Positions 1 through 15,300 of a stretch of DNA of 64,000 bases are shown here, piece by piece (the stretch's first letter is position 1; the number at the start of each line of letters is the position of its first letter). This DNA comes from Nitrospirales bacterium. Lineage in GTDB: Bacteria > Nitrospirota > Nitrospiria > Nitrospirales > UBA8639. The stretch is from positions 672,001 through 736,000 of the forward strand of contig CBDBCZ010000018.1 of the NCBI GenBank assembly GCA_965203295.1. The letters are read 5' to 3'. A program made the position numbers and the translations under genes. A model generated the notes under the pieces. That model saw nothing but the letters and a program-made list of their open reading frames with translations, ran no database searches and was not told the DNA's origin.

Positions 1-398
1 AATTTATTAAAAAGTGATAAATGAATCTGTGCTGAACTCTCTAAGCCTTGTTCCTCACTAAACATATGTTTGTGCATACCACTCTGAATACTCCCTCAAA
101 TTTAACTGTAGCTTGGAGTTCCAGGTGAAAAAGCCTTCACAGCTCTACTGAATACCTACCTCATTCCCAAGCTCCTCCATTCCAGTAGCTTTCTCTTCAC
201 ATCTTGTATAAGTTGCCTAGCCTATTACATAGTGTAAAATAGTGGCTACAGCCTAGCAATGTGATTATAACTGGATGTATTAGTAATCTATGCACATGCC
301 TGTGAGTGCATGCTTAATAATTCCTAATAATAAAATTATTATATTAAATTAGTTACATACATTATGTCATGCACATGTATTTATACACATAACCATAG

Positions 399-3300
399 AA
401 TGGGTGGACTCCCCTCATCTGTGCTGCCAAGGAAGGCTATAAAGATGTTGTTAAAATTTTACTGGTGGCAGGAGCTAACCCAGACATTCAAGACAAGGTG
501 GGATGCTTCTGCTTTGTAGACTGTACACTTGGCAAACACGTTCATGATACTTAGTGTCATGTACGATTAAAAATTTATAGAAGGCTACTAGTACGTACCA
601 TGCAACTGCATGCAGTAATACATGTGTTGTAGCTAGCAAACATATTTTTGTTGCCCTTAGCAGTATATCCCAAGGAAAACTTCTGGGCAGATGTCTACAT
701 TAGCTCAGAATATAGTTTTTGTACCCTAAACACTCCTCTAATCTATAGCAGTGAAAACAGGGTAGCTTGAAATAGATTGTACTGAAGTACCAGCTTCGTT
801 AACCAAATATTTGTTTTTATATTTGACACTTTCTACGACTGTATGTTTGGCAGTCCTGTGTAGAATCGAATATTTCCGTCGTATAATTATTTTGATCAAA
901 GTTCTGACTTTGAAACATGAATGTACATTATGCTGTGTAAATGCGTAAGTAGTTGCTACGTTTACAGTGCATTTGAATTCCGTCCTTAACGGACGTTCAG
1001 AGATATTGTGTTTTAAATGCAGAGATGTGATCGAAATACACGATGGAATAATATTCCATTTCTACATTGGACTGCCACAATTGTATTAATGTCTGCTATC
1101 CTCATTTGCTAACTTGTATACAGCCTGCTAATGACTCTTTTTCTATATATCTCTATAGGAGAACGAGACTGCCATTATGAAGGCAGCTAGATGTGGCTAT
1201 ACTGGGGTCGTCTCTCTACTGCTGCATTATGGTGCAAATACTAAACTTACAAATATGGTGTGTTAAATATGCATATTCTTAGAAATTTTGTGTGCGTAAT
1301 TCCTGATTTTCTGAGGTCTGTAATGTTCTTTTTGTGAGCCTCTATGGTGAAAATGCAGTACCTTGTTGGTATGGTAACATTTACTAGTAAAGTACAGTGC
1401 TCCAGGCCTAGAGAGTGCGTTAATGCTACTGCACGCATTAATTTAACCATGCCACTGAATCCTCTCTCACTCCACTTGCAAATTCTGATAACTCATAACC
1501 TGGAATGAATTAATGTTACAGCCATAGCTGATCTGAATTTTGTATGACTGATTGATGATGCTTAGTGACTCTTATCTAAACTGTGTGTTTTCATTATATA
1601 GGATGGGTCTTCAGCTCTTTTTATTGCTTCTCAGCATGACCACATGCAAATGGTTAAACTCCTACTTCACAAATGTTCTGATGTTGGCCTCCAGGTAAAT
1701 GTACAGAAACAGAGTTTTTAGCGTCTGGATACCCCTCTTCCTTCCGTAATAAATTCCTACCTGCATTTTGTGTAACAATATTTTTAGCATGTAGTTGGTC
1801 CAAAAATGAGGATAGAAAAAAGCTCCCCTTCTTTAGGGAAAGCCTTGGAACGAAGCTAACACTAAACTGGTACTGCCTTTTAAATTATCGTATAGATCAT
1901 ACCTTGCTTTAGGAATATATACAACTACACTCAGTGTTCAAATTTCATGCATTCCTACAAACCCCATAATGGAACCAATGCTTTTCATTGCATTTATAGA
2001 ATCAAGAAGGTATACAAGAAAACCTTGAAGTTGACCAAAGCTCTACAGGTATGTAAAAATGCAGTGTATATTGGATGCTGCACATCATTATTCATAGAAA
2101 ATGTGTGCAATTCTTGACTCCTGTGTGCAATTCTTGACTGTGCACATTGACGACATGGGACAGAGTGAATGAGCTAGGAGTGTCTGGATGGTTGGGCATG
2201 CAGTAAATTGCCTCATTCATGAAACTTAAGTTTCTGATACACATAGCTAGTGAGCAAAATTAGCTCACAATACTACTTACCTTAGCTGGGTTGCTGTAAG
2301 TTGTATTGGCTGTCAGTCCTTTACTCTTGCTACAGCTGCTATGACAGTTTTTACCAACTGTAATTGGTATTTCATAACTGGAAAGCCTGCATGTATGTTG
2401 ATGCTAGTTATCCAGTTCCTATATCATGACCGTTTGAGCCTTTATCGCGCTCTGTATCAGCAACTATTGCATGTTACAAAGCCAGATATTATTGTTCAAT
2501 TAAGAGTGTCTGCTGTTATAGCTATTACCATTTATGTATTTATTTTTATCTTATTTGTGATTGTACATAAGTGAGCCAATTTGTTTATATGTCCAGGTGT
2601 CCAAGCAATCGCCACTCCAGATTCAGAAGCTAGTGCAGCATATGAAATAATAACATGTGCATTAGTACTTCGCAATAACTGGAGCTATTTGTACAAACAT
2701 CTGGACACAAGTCTTATCTTGCAACCCTTACTTAACGGTGGCATCATCACTGAGGATTTACGAAAGCAAGTGCAGTCATATGTACAAAAGTGTGCTCAGA
2801 ATGTGGTTCTTATGAAGAGTTTTTTGAGAAATAGAGTTGCAGCTCGAGCACTAAATATTCTGATAGCATCAACTGGAGAGAAACATATTGGACAGAAATT
2901 AACTGAAGGTAAACTTGTGTATTTGTTATGTACTCCAAAGCATTTCAAAGGTTTTCCATAGTTAAGTTTTACCTATCCAGTATTGGCTACTGCAGATACA
3001 CACTAGCTACATGCAGTTACCCTATAATTGTTATAAGCTGAAGATGAAATATAGCAATTGTAGAGCTTACAAACCTCTTACTTCTGTATCCACTTAAGGT
3101 TGTGTAGAAACTGATGAGGAGCTCGCCACAGGAATGATGTTAGTGTAGAACCCTTAATGTAGCAAGATCATATGAGAGCTGCTTCTTCACAGCCACTAAT
3201 TATGATTAGTGCACAAACCCCGTTAGCCTCTTGTTCCTTAATAGTCTACATGATACCTATTCCCATCTGTACTATTATTATGCAACCTTCTGGTAACTAC

Positions 3301-6300
3301 CTGGCCTTTTGGAAACTTTGGCCTAGAATAAGAATGTATTTATTGTATTGTTGAAGTTTACGGTGAGCCTGTAATAATAAGGAAACATAAAGCTTTCAGC
3401 TGCTGGCATTACTGTATTCAGAATCTAATAAAATTACAGATGTAGCTTAACCATTATTTCTGGTTTCCATTTACCTTCGATTGGACAATGGGGGCTGCTA
3501 AACTTTGTGGTGAATTGGAACCTCCACTAGTGGCCAGTTTAGTACAGAATGCATGGGAAGAAAGTGCTGTATACAAATGTTGTCTTCTGCAGATTGTAAG
3601 GAGCAACAAAGTCTCCTGTTGAGTGGTCAGCGATCCCAGCCTACACCTATCTTTATAACCCACTCCTCCGACTTCTCTGACCTCTCAGAACTTTTTCTTC
3701 GGGCTCTCAGGAATATTTTTGGAGCATTTGAGCAAGAGTCATACCCACTGAATAAGCTGAAGTCAGTTCTCTCTTCACTTGTCTTACCACTAGGTGATTG
3801 CAAGGTAGTTGCACTTGTCGAGCCTAGTGCTTATGCTGATGCTCATACTATTCAAGATTTTGCCAGGCTTATGGCTCCGTACTGGAACTGTGTTAGTACA
3901 GACTTACTCCAGCTCCTTGTTGAAGAGTCAGGCTGCACCCTAGCCATGACCAAACTAAAGGAGTTCATTTCCACTAGGAAAATGAGCGCTGACTTAGTGC
4001 TTGCCGCTCAGCCCTTCACAACCAAGTCTAATCCAGATGGTTCAGGCTTGTCTCCTGGGCACACATCAAGTCACTCCTCATCTCTACAAGAGCTTCAGTC
4101 TCAGCAACCAGCAGTCTTTGCAAAGCTTCCTGAGCATCGTGCAAGTGCGTTCCAAAATGCTGTCCAAGTTTCAGTTGAAATAGCTAAAGCCACGCTTCAT
4201 GTCACAGACTATGATTGCATAACCCTAGCTGTGAGTGCATTCTTTGACTTGCCATGTGCTGCTCTAGTCTACTGTGGGTGCTCACAGAGCCCACTTGTAG
4301 TGTGCTGGGAGATCTCTAGGGAGCTGTTGGCTTATATCCGGCCAGTCTATCCTAGTCAGAGCAGCCACACTTTACTTGCGGAGCAAGGGATTACTGGGCT
4401 TGCTGTGTCAGATGAGATCAAGTACAGGTGTCCAAGCATCAAGGTGAATACACTGCACTGCAAGATGTAAGTATTAATAAGTACTTGTGTTAAAACAGCA
4501 CTTTGATCAGGAAAGGTATCACACTTCAGTTTCTGATATTCATAACCCTCCTAAGAGGTGAAATGTTTTTGACTACACGGATAGGTATTGTGGGCCTGGA
4601 GGTTACTCCACATTCCATGTTCCAATATTAAGCACATTGCATAGGGTTAGGTTTAGTAGATTAGAGTGACAAAATTAATATCTATTCTTTACCCATTGGC
4701 GAAGTGCTGGCAACTTATACATGTGACCAATCCCTGAAGGTTAGCTATGAGTTTTGAGTCACTTGAGCTCAGCAACAGTAACATGGACTGCACACAAACA
4801 GTATGTTTTGGAATGTGACAAGTGGCAAGGGCCATTGGAAGAAGGAGTGAGGGCCGAGATTAAGAGTAATGTTGGAACGAGAATAGAGGTATTAGAATAT
4901 GTAAAGTGACCTCCACGTCTGCTGTAGCTGAGGGCGTGGGTTCACAGCCATGTACAATTGCCACTGTTTCTTGATGTACTCAATGTTCTATGCGTCTCAA
5001 TGATTTCATAGGAAGTGAGATTGATGGAAGCCTCTTTCTATGGTCTGGTTGACAAGATTCCGGACCTTCTGACTTGTGCAAATGTGGATGTGTTGAGGCT
5101 TGTAAGTATTGTGTATATCTTTATGAAATGTGAGCAAATAGTGTGTTACTAACGTTCATACACTGAAATCCACAAGGGCGGCTGGAGGTTAAATAGAATG
5201 AGCTACATTCAATGCACCTCCCAATTTGGATGCAACACTCAGTGACAGCAATACTAGGTAAAATGAAAAGTTATTACTTTCAAGACCAATTATGCAATTG
5301 TATGTATACATTAAAACAGTAGATACACTGTGCTATTGCTTTCCGTAACTCCTCACAGTAGCGCATCAGATCAGTTGTTGAAGGTCAGCCATTGTTGAAC
5401 TTTAAAAAGTGCTACAAACTCCGATTTGGAAACATTCCTCCCTATGAGATAAAGTGCATAATTATAATTATGTACGTAGCACAGTGGATGATGGGCAATA
5501 AAACATTACCGTGTTCATTTACTTTCTGGTATAGGTGTTGTACATGCTACATACATTTTACTCAGAGCGAATACAGTTGCATAAGCATTATAGTTGTGTG
5601 TAGTGCTAGGCGGTATTGCGATATCGCAATAATATTGCAACATTGACATAATGTGATATCTAATATTGTAGTTGCGATGTGCATGCATAAGCGAACACCT
5701 GTTCTGACAGAAAAGAAAAAAACGTCGAGGGCAACCAAAAAAGATTTGAGATAGATAAAGATGCTGTCAAAAGGGGTGCTTCTGCAGATTGTCTGGTGAG
5801 CAAGCCAGTGTCTGCCTGTATGCCAAATCTGTCATGTACGCATACAATTAAAGCATGCTGACACCAGCAACTTCTACTTTTGTGTGCAAAAGCACCACCT
5901 AAGCAATTCAGCTTAATCATATTGTAGAGAAGGAAAGGCTTTGTTGATTACAGCCAGTTTGTTACCCTACCACAAAGCTTGCTTGTGAGCTTACAAAAGC
6001 TATTATTTATTATCTAGCTAAAGATTTGTGTTTGCATACTCAGTTGAGCTATCCAGGCTTTGTTGTATGGTCAGCAAATAAAACCCACAGTATGAGGCAC
6101 AAATTATTTCATTAATATCATAATCAAATTATTTCATTAATTTTTTATTAAAATTCTGAGTGAGAGCTAGAAAAACAGGCAGCTGTTGAGTTCTCCGGCA
6201 CCGCTGATCTATGGACCTCTGGAACATTAGCACAGAGCTACTGTCTATGTCTTTCTGAGGACCATACAGGAGAGAATATCACTCTTTGAGGTGCTCAGTT

Positions 6301-9300
6301 ACTGGAACCTCAATGCAACAAAGTTCTGTTTCAAATGCAAAGCTTGCATGTGCACTTCTCCATGCACTTGAAGTGGTTATGCTCTTTTAGGCATCCCTTA
6401 GACTTTGCAGTGTAGAAAGCTTTTGATGACTGTACTTACATGTAGAGTCCCCAGGGTTTGTGAAGTTGACCAGCAGGTCATACTAGCTACATTCTCTCAG
6501 AGTTGAATGGACCTTGCAAATGCTCAACATTGGATAAAGCTACTACTCCAAAGCTGGTTGTGTGCCGCGTTGGAGGTAATCACTTACCATGCTTGAGAGG
6601 AAAACTGAATTCAGTAATAGCCACTCTTGTTCACGTGAAGGAACGTATGACACTCTTTCAGCTGAAAAGAGCAACACCATGATTTTTAGCTGTCTGTCTT
6701 TTTCATTGAGATAATAGAAAATGATTCCAACTCAGCTCTGTCCAGCCTATTTACCTAGCCAAAAATGTTTTTCTTTGGCAGAGTCAACACCCCCTCCCCC
6801 CAAAAGAGAAAAAGAGTTGATTCTCAGGATGTCTGAGGGGCAATGTGATACAACTTCACTCTCCACTTCTGAACAAGTAGCAAAGGAAATGGGCACATAC
6901 TTTCATCATCAAATACTTGATATCAAGTCCCCTCCTCTTGAATCGTGGAAAGCAGGAAAAGCAATTTCCAACAGCTACTTGGCAGGCTTGCTCACAATTA
7001 TTTGTGTATCTGCACAATTAGTGTCCCCTGAGAGGGAGCTTTTTGTGCTATGTGGAACATTGTCACGAGCTCGTTAAAACCAAACTAAGTTGACCATCTT
7101 GTGTATTTAGCTACAAATTAAAAGTAATTGTTTTTATATGTACATAATTTTGTAAGTTGTAACATTTTAGTAATTGACATTAATTTTAGCTATGTAATGT
7201 TTGTTTGCTATCTACAAGTCGTCAAGTTTTTGAAATTGCCATGGAAACAAATTAGTACTTTTCAACGGGTAATTTCAGTAACTACATTTTAATATTTTTA
7301 TTAAGATGTGGCATTACTGTTGCCTGTATATCATGACAGTATATTATTGCATTTTCAGCACTATTTGTGTCAAAAATGGTGTCTACAATAACAGTTGCTC
7401 TACTGCAGTGTCTGTACAACACTATTATTAGTCTGACTGCCTCTTTATGATCAGTTGACTTTTAGAGTTAGCTAATTAGGAAACGTGCTTCGCTGGCTCT
7501 GTGAATTTTGGTTAAGCACCAGGCTAACAAAGTGAATAAATGACCCACTGCTTGGTGTCTAGAAGAGCATTACTGAAGTTGTGACCCTTGATACACTTCT
7601 TTAGTGATGATTCACGCAATATAACCAGGCTTTGTTTCACCCAGACATTCTAGACACCCGTGTATTTGATTCATTATTTGAGACTTATGTGCTTGGTCAC
7701 ACTCTTTGTCTATGAGTGTAATCATGTACTAAGGCCTTGTTTACAAATTCCTGTGCTACATATTCAAAGGTGATCCAAAGATATTGTTCAGTGGCATATT
7801 TTTGTTGACACACATCACTCTGAAATAGGTATGATTAATTTTCATAATATATAACTGTGTACAAAAGTTAACGGTGCATGCGATCAACAATCTGTTAATT
7901 ATTTCTATATGCTTTTATCACAGGGAAGTGTCACATCACTTTATGCTGCCTCTCAGAATGGCCACAGTCAGGTTGCGAACTGTTGCTCAGCAAAGGAGCT
8001 GATGTCAATATCCCGATTCAGGTACGGTATCTCTATGTTATAAACTCAGTATAAACTAAAGAGTACATACTTGTAAACTACACCTCCTAAATTTCAACCT
8101 CACCCCCTACCATTTAACTAGCAAGCCACTTACTATTCACACACTGCTGTATACATGTCTAGGGCATAGGCTATTCAGAAACCACGGCCGCAATACTTTT
8201 TGAGATATACCTTACGATGCTAATGCTAGTCTGCCTGCATGTTGATATTGCTCTTGACTTTGTAAGTTTGTGAACACTCTTCACTGGCTCTTGTCAACCA
8301 TGGGGCTAACAGAGGTAGATCATATCCCTGTTGATAGTGTCTAGAAGAGCATTCATGAAGTAGCGACCATCGATATATTTTTTTGCAGCTGATGACATAA
8401 TCTAATTGCATTTGCTCATTTATTCCATTAGTAAATTCATGTTATTACTCTGAAGTCTATAACCTAACCATTTATTGTGTCCTGATATTGTGGTCAATTG
8501 CCCTTTGATTTGTAAGTAAATTTTCTATTCAGAGACTGTTCTGAGATTTACTTATGCTCTTGGTTTATGTATGAGTTTGTAAACATAAAGTTAGGCCTGA
8601 GAGGGATGTCATATGATCATATGATCATTAACTGTTTACTAGTTTGTGTCATGCATATTCAAAGCTAATACAAAAATTCTTATGATTGCCAAATTGATAT
8701 TTTTGTCATGACCAGTAAAAGTAAAGGAGTGTGAAGTTTATGTTCTGATGATTATGTCTGTATGCTTTCATCATGGAATGGTACCACACCACTGTTCATT
8801 GCCCTGAGAAAGGCCACAGTCAAGTTGCTGAACTACTGCTCAGCAAAGGTTAACCTCCCAACCTCCCAAGAAAGGTGCAGTATGTTGCCCTCAGTAGATG
8901 TATTTTAGGTGAAAGCTGTTAGGCTGGTGCCGTGGTGTCTTAAGTAGCTCATGTCAAAAGGGAATCTAAGTTGTACACAGTGCATTCAGTGATCTTACCT
9001 ACGTGTTGATGTTCCTCATGACTGTGAGAGTGTGTCAACCATGGGGCTAACAGAGCTCTGTACGGTTTCTGAAGGAGAAAGTTGATGGTACACCTCTTTA
9101 CTGATGATTGCAATGTGAAAATTTGAGTTCGTGTTCATTTGAAATCGACGAGTTTGATATTGTCTCTTAATTTTTTACTTTGTGAACTTTTGTCATAAGT
9201 GGAATTGTGCTGCAGTAACATTGAAGGTGCTTGCGATGTACGTTCTAATGTTTATGCTTTCATCACAGGATGGTGCCACACCACTGCACAGTGCTTCTTA

Positions 9301-12300
9301 CAATGGCCACTGTCAAGTTGCTGAACTACTCCTCAGCAAAGGAGCTGATGTCAACCTCCCAGTGCAGGTATATATAGTGTTTTCAAGAGCAAGACATTTG
9401 CTGGTGTAGGAATAGAAAAGCTTTTAACCGATACAAAGGAAACTGTTTGAAGGCTTGTTTGAGGAATTTCAAAGGTAATCATTTCTAGAACATTTCCCTT
9501 TGCTTTATAAGTAAATTCTCCTATTCACAGGCGTATGTAGGACCTCTTTGTTATTATAGAATGACACAATTTCATTTCGATGCTTCGATTATTAAACTAT
9601 ATGTTACGACAAATCATACTTAAATGCATGTGATCCCCCCATGAATCTGATAATTTGTAGGTGAAAGGAAATGTTCTATGCCGCATGTAGGACTTCTTCG
9701 TTATTATGGAATGGCACAATTTCATTTCGATGCTTCGATTATTAAACTATATGTTACCACAAATCATACTTAAATGCATGTGATCCCCCACGAATCGTAA
9801 CATGGTTGTTACTTTGTGAACTTTTGTCATAAGTGGAATTGATCTGCAGTAACATTAAAGGTGCTTGCGATGTACGTTCTAATCTTTATGCTTTCATCAC
9901 AGGGTGGTTTCACACCACTGCACATTGCCTCTCAGGAGGGCCACAGTCAAGTTGCTGAACTACTACTCAGCAAAGGAGCTAATGTCAACCTCCCAAAACA
10001 GGTATAGTATTTTTCAAAAGCAAGACAATTGCTGTAGTAGGAAAAGATAAGTTTTAGGCTACCTTTTTAGGGCTGCCTAAAAATATTATCATAATTATAA
10101 GCAATGTCTGAAGGGCCATGTTCTGCCGGTTTGCCTATGTTATCGAGCTTAATGCACGTGAAGCATAAAGTGTGAAAAATACTTTGAAAGCTGTTGTATG
10201 TGAAAACTGTTAATACAATATTATCTCGGTTACTATATGGCTGTAGCATTTTGTTGAACTAAAAGTGCATGCAAAAAGTTAGCAGTCTTTCCTGTGAAGT
10301 AAAGTGTATACATTCAGTGATGCTAGCACAGTCAGCATCAACGTGCGGGTAGGCTAGTAATGGCATCATACAGACACAGCAGAATGGCGAATTTCATTGT
10401 ACCCAACACTTTCCACACGGAGTATCTCATGCAACTGAGTTTGCCTTGCGGTGATTGGCATGTATGGAGTAATACAACTGCACTTCCAGTACAAGTAGTA
10501 GTTATTCTCACTGCCACATAAGCGGGACTTTCAAAGAATCTATGTGTCTGCGTTTGGTGGTGGTTACCGTGCCAGACTGACCGGAATTACCCCGTGACTG
10601 GAAATACCCCGTGTTACCTTAGCTATATAAGTGATTGGGTGTCTGAACGGTGGAGTTGTGCGGACACGCAGCAAATTTACCTCATTCTCTGGGCCTTTCT
10701 GTTTTCCTTTGTTATGGATTATGGGCTACTTTTGTTCACTTACTATGAATAATAGCATAGGCAGAAAAGCCTTGGAAATGAGGTTTATCACATCCGGACA
10801 ACCCCTATCGTCCGGATGTCCCCTCACTTACTCTATTGGAGGCAGGCAGCTATTCTTATTTGTGACACTAGAAAATACAATACATACAATGTATGTACAT
10901 AGAGATTATTTGCAATTCAATATGGAGTACGGTACTAGCTACTCCTTAGTAATTTACCACCTCCCAAAAAAACGCCCCAAAACAAGTTACAGAAAAAGCA
11001 CTCTGTCAAAAAGTGCAAAAACAAGTCATGTAGGGATGCATTTACACCGAAAAACACTTCCCCAAAAACCAATGAAACAAGCGACAATGCACACCACAAT
11101 GCATGCACGGAGTACCCACTCATCACACATTCCCAAGCACAAACCAAGCAGAGCAATTCCTCACAACATCAACCAACATGCAACACACTCAACAAAGTTG
11201 ACAACACTCAATCTACACTTTACCAAAATAAACACACCCACACAGACCTCTCCTACAAGAACCTGCGCACACAAACATTCACAACACTCTCACAAAACGT
11301 CATCACACTCAACAACCAAACACAACCAAAGTCCCTATACAAACATGACTCCACCCTCAATGAATCACTAGTCCAACATGTACACCATGAAAACTTTCAG
11401 CTACCTTCCACAACCTCCAACAGACTCAGTCATTAGCAATACACACACACCAAATTACACCTCCACTATTCACATCTCACATATACACAATTGTGGTGGG
11501 TGTGGTTGGAAAGATGTTGGGATGGTAGCTACGCGGTAAGTGCATTGCGCTGTGATGTGTGGATACTCTGTGCATGCATTGTGGTGTGCATTGTCGCTTG
11601 TTTCATTGGTTTTTGGGGAAGTGTATTATATTATCCGATCAAAGGTAGGTATTAAATAGACGAACACGTGAAGTCTGCGGTTTCTAAAACCCGGAACAGA
11701 ACAGAACAGTAGTCATTAAATGGCGTAAAATGGCAAGCGTCACCTCGAGAGTACTCGTGAATCACTGCTGAACCTGTTTGGTTTCCTTGAAAACGTTAAG
11801 CTACGAGTGCAATACTCCAGGGAATATCTAGCTTGTTCGCGCTTGAATCATTGTGATAGCTTCAGCCAATATGGTGCTAGCCTGGCTGAAGAAAAAAAGT
11901 AGAATCAGTCCATTAGGCCCCGCCCCCCAGTGTGTCGACTTGCCAGTCTGGTACTCCAGCAAAGGTTTCTAGCACCGCTAACAGTGTTGTAGCTGATGAT
12001 AACACTCGAGATGTCATGGTATGGCTCATAAAAGCCTAGGTCTATAAACAGAGCCGAGTTTTGAACGTATGATTTTGTACGCGTTATATGGGGCCGCCAT
12101 TTTTTCCCCGTGCCATCCCTACCTATGGAGTACTACCGTACTTCATGATTATTATTATCAATATCATGAAAAATGTCTACAGCTCTGAAGTTTGATGTTT
12201 ATGTTTATTTTTTATTACAGAATGGTTTAACACCACTGTATGTTGCTTCTCAGAATGGCCACAGTCAGGTTGCTGAACTATTGCTTAGCAAAGGAGCTGA

Positions 12301-15300
12301 TATCAACCTCCCAGAGCAGGTACATGTGTGTTTTAGTCCAACAAGTCCATCTACACAACGCCCACTTGCTGTGGCTTGCCCTACAAACCTCCAAATGTTG
12401 CTAGCACACTATAATTATACTGCTATGCAGGATGTAATGATTATTAGGAATTTATTTTCATATTTGTTTGAGTTTTCCTAATGCTCATGGAATTATTACT
12501 ATTTTAACTTGAGACTTTTTTGTTGCATAGATAATATCCTTTGATACTACTCGAGTGTATATAAAGAAGTAGATTTGTTAAACAAGTAAACGCAGTAAAG
12601 CTTAATTCGACACTTTTGTCATATACCTCCAAGCAGCTGTACATTTCCAAAACAGGATTATCATGGCTACCTACCAATTTTTTACCATCTAAGCTAAACT
12701 TGGCTATACAAACCTCCAAAACCTGCTAGCACACAGTATACTGCCATGTATGACCTTATTATTTTGTCTACTTAATAAGTGTGGAGGTACAGATGGACGG
12801 ATAAATCAAGTCGTAAAGCAATCTTAGTATTAGCCACATTATATTTGTGCCGTGTTTGTCTGACTTTGTATGGTGCCTGGAGTAAAGTTGGTACCATTGC
12901 TACGAATCATAGTGTGACTGTAAACTTGGGTCATACGTGGAATCGATCTGCAGAAAAGGTGCTTGCGATGTAAGTTCTAATATTTATGCTTTCATCACAG
13001 AATGGTGCGACACCACTGTGCATTGCCTCTGAGAAAGGCCACAGTCACATTGCTGAACTACTACTCAGCAATGGAGCTGATGTCAACCTCCCAAGACAGG
13101 TATAGTATTTTCAAGAGCAACACTTTTGCTGTAGTAGGAAAGGTAAAGTTCTAAGCTGCTTCTTTCAGGTTTATGGATACCAAATAAACCGCTTGAAGGC
13201 TTGTTTGAAGAATTTTAAAGGTCAAGTCAACTGTTTTAGACAATTCCCTTTGATTAATAAGTAGATTTTTCTATTCAGAGGCCTATTTAGGACTTGTGAA
13301 AATTGTCACTCACTTTGTAAGTATTATCTTTAGAGGCATTGCTTGAAGGGCCATATTTTACCATTTTGCCTATGCCATTGAGCTTAGTTCATACGAAGAA
13401 TAAAATGTGAAAATTAGTTAGAAAGCCGTTGCATTGGAGAACTGCTAATATGGTATCACCTCCGTTACTATTATGGCTGCAGTGTTTTGTTGAACTAAAA
13501 ATGTGTGCAAAAAGTTAGCAGTCTTTTCCATGAAATAAGGTGTAAACATTCAGTGATGCTAGCACAGTCAGCATCAACATGCGGGTAGGCTAGTAATGGC
13601 ATCTTACAGACACAACACAACAGCAAATTTCATTGTACTTCTACACTGAGTATCTCATGCATCTGAGTTTGCCTTGGGGTGATTGGCATGTAGAGTGTAC
13701 AGCACCTACGTACACCAGAAATTACCGTAAAGTATGTATCAAGCACCCACCATTTATTAAGCACGCACCCCCCTCTTTAGCGTTAACTTCCTGCAAGGGG
13801 TACGTTTATTCATGTAGTATCCGCCCACTCGAACGCGTTGCAAACGCACGATGCAAAGTGAGGAAACAAGGCAAGTATAGCCTTCTTTAACCAACTATGG
13901 AAGCATTGTATAAGAATAGCTATGAAAGCATGCAGATAACTGCAAAATATAGCTGAAAAACTAAGTAGCTAGCCGACTTACCTTCGGTATTCCAAGTAAA
14001 GCACGCTAAAGATCGAATTTTACTGCTTGATTTCGCTCACTGCGCTTTAGTTATAAGTTTAGCTCACCTGGATGGTATGATATTATTGTAGAAAATATAT
14101 TATGGTGAAGATTCCTCACTTCCAGGGTGGTGGGCGGATACTACATGCCGTTTGCGAACGAATGCATAGTAAGCGCCCACCCCCCTCTTCCGCTGCATTC
14201 TAAGGTTCCCCGCCCATGGGCGCTTGATACGTATTCTACGGGTACAGGTGAAAATTACATTGTCATACATAGTCGCACATCATCCACACTTTGGAGATTG
14301 ATTGTTAAGGAATGCTCTTGCATTGCCTGCAATCGACATTCTAATCTTCATGTCTGTTTGCTTTATCACAGGATGGTACCACACCACTACTTGTTGCCTC
14401 TTACAAAGGCCACAGTCAAGTTGCTGAACTACTACTCAGCAAAGGAGCTGATGTCAACCTCCCAAAAAAGGTATAACATTTGTCAAGTGCACGACATTTA
14501 CCGTAGTAGGTAAAAGAAGAAGTTCTAGGCCGCTTCTTTGATACGAAGTACACTGTTTGAAAGCTTGTTTAAAGAATTTCAAAGGTCAGGTCGCTGGCTA
14601 AGACCATTTCATTTTTCTATTCAGAGGCTAATTAGGGCATGTGCACTTTGTTATACATTTTGTGTCTAAATATTATCATATAAGCAATGCCTAAAAGACC
14701 AAGTTTTATTCCTGAATTCCTGTGCTATCTACAATTTGACCAAAGTGAATAGCACAATTCTATTTCTATGCTTTGATTAGTAATTTATACGTCACCACAA
14801 ATCACTGTTAAATCTCTGTGATTCCCCCTTCAAATCATAGTATGATTGTTAGTTTGTAAACTTTGTTGTAAGTTGAAGGTGCTTGCGATGTACGTTCTAG
14901 TGTTTATGCTTTCATCACAGGGTGGTATCACTCCACTATACATTGCCTCTCAGGAGGGCCACAGTCAAGTTGCTGAACTACTACTCAGCAAAGGAGCTGA
15001 TGTCAACCTCCCAAAACAGGTATTGTATTTTTCAAAAGCAAGACAATTGCTGTAGTAGGAAAAGATAAGTTCTAGGCTACCTTTTTACCGATACAAAGGA
15101 CACTGTTTGAAGGCTTGTTTGAGGAATTTCAAAGGTCAATTCCCCATCATTTCTAAAACATTTCTCTTTGATTTAGGAGTACATTCACCTATCCACAGGC
15201 GTATTAGGAAGTACACAAATTGTCATACTTTGCCACTAAATGTTAGCAACGCCCATAGGGCCATGTTTTGTTTTTCAATTCCTATGCTACATACATATTT

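Noticed and set aside
3099..3150. Possible extra small exon between the CARD exon and the large exon
   Set aside because: An acceptor is plausible but there is no convincing donor before an in-frame stop, and the model is in phase without it.
10631..11371. 246-aa His/Thr-rich ORF
   Set aside because: It arises from a stop-poor C/A-rich repeat inside an intron and has no recognisable domain.
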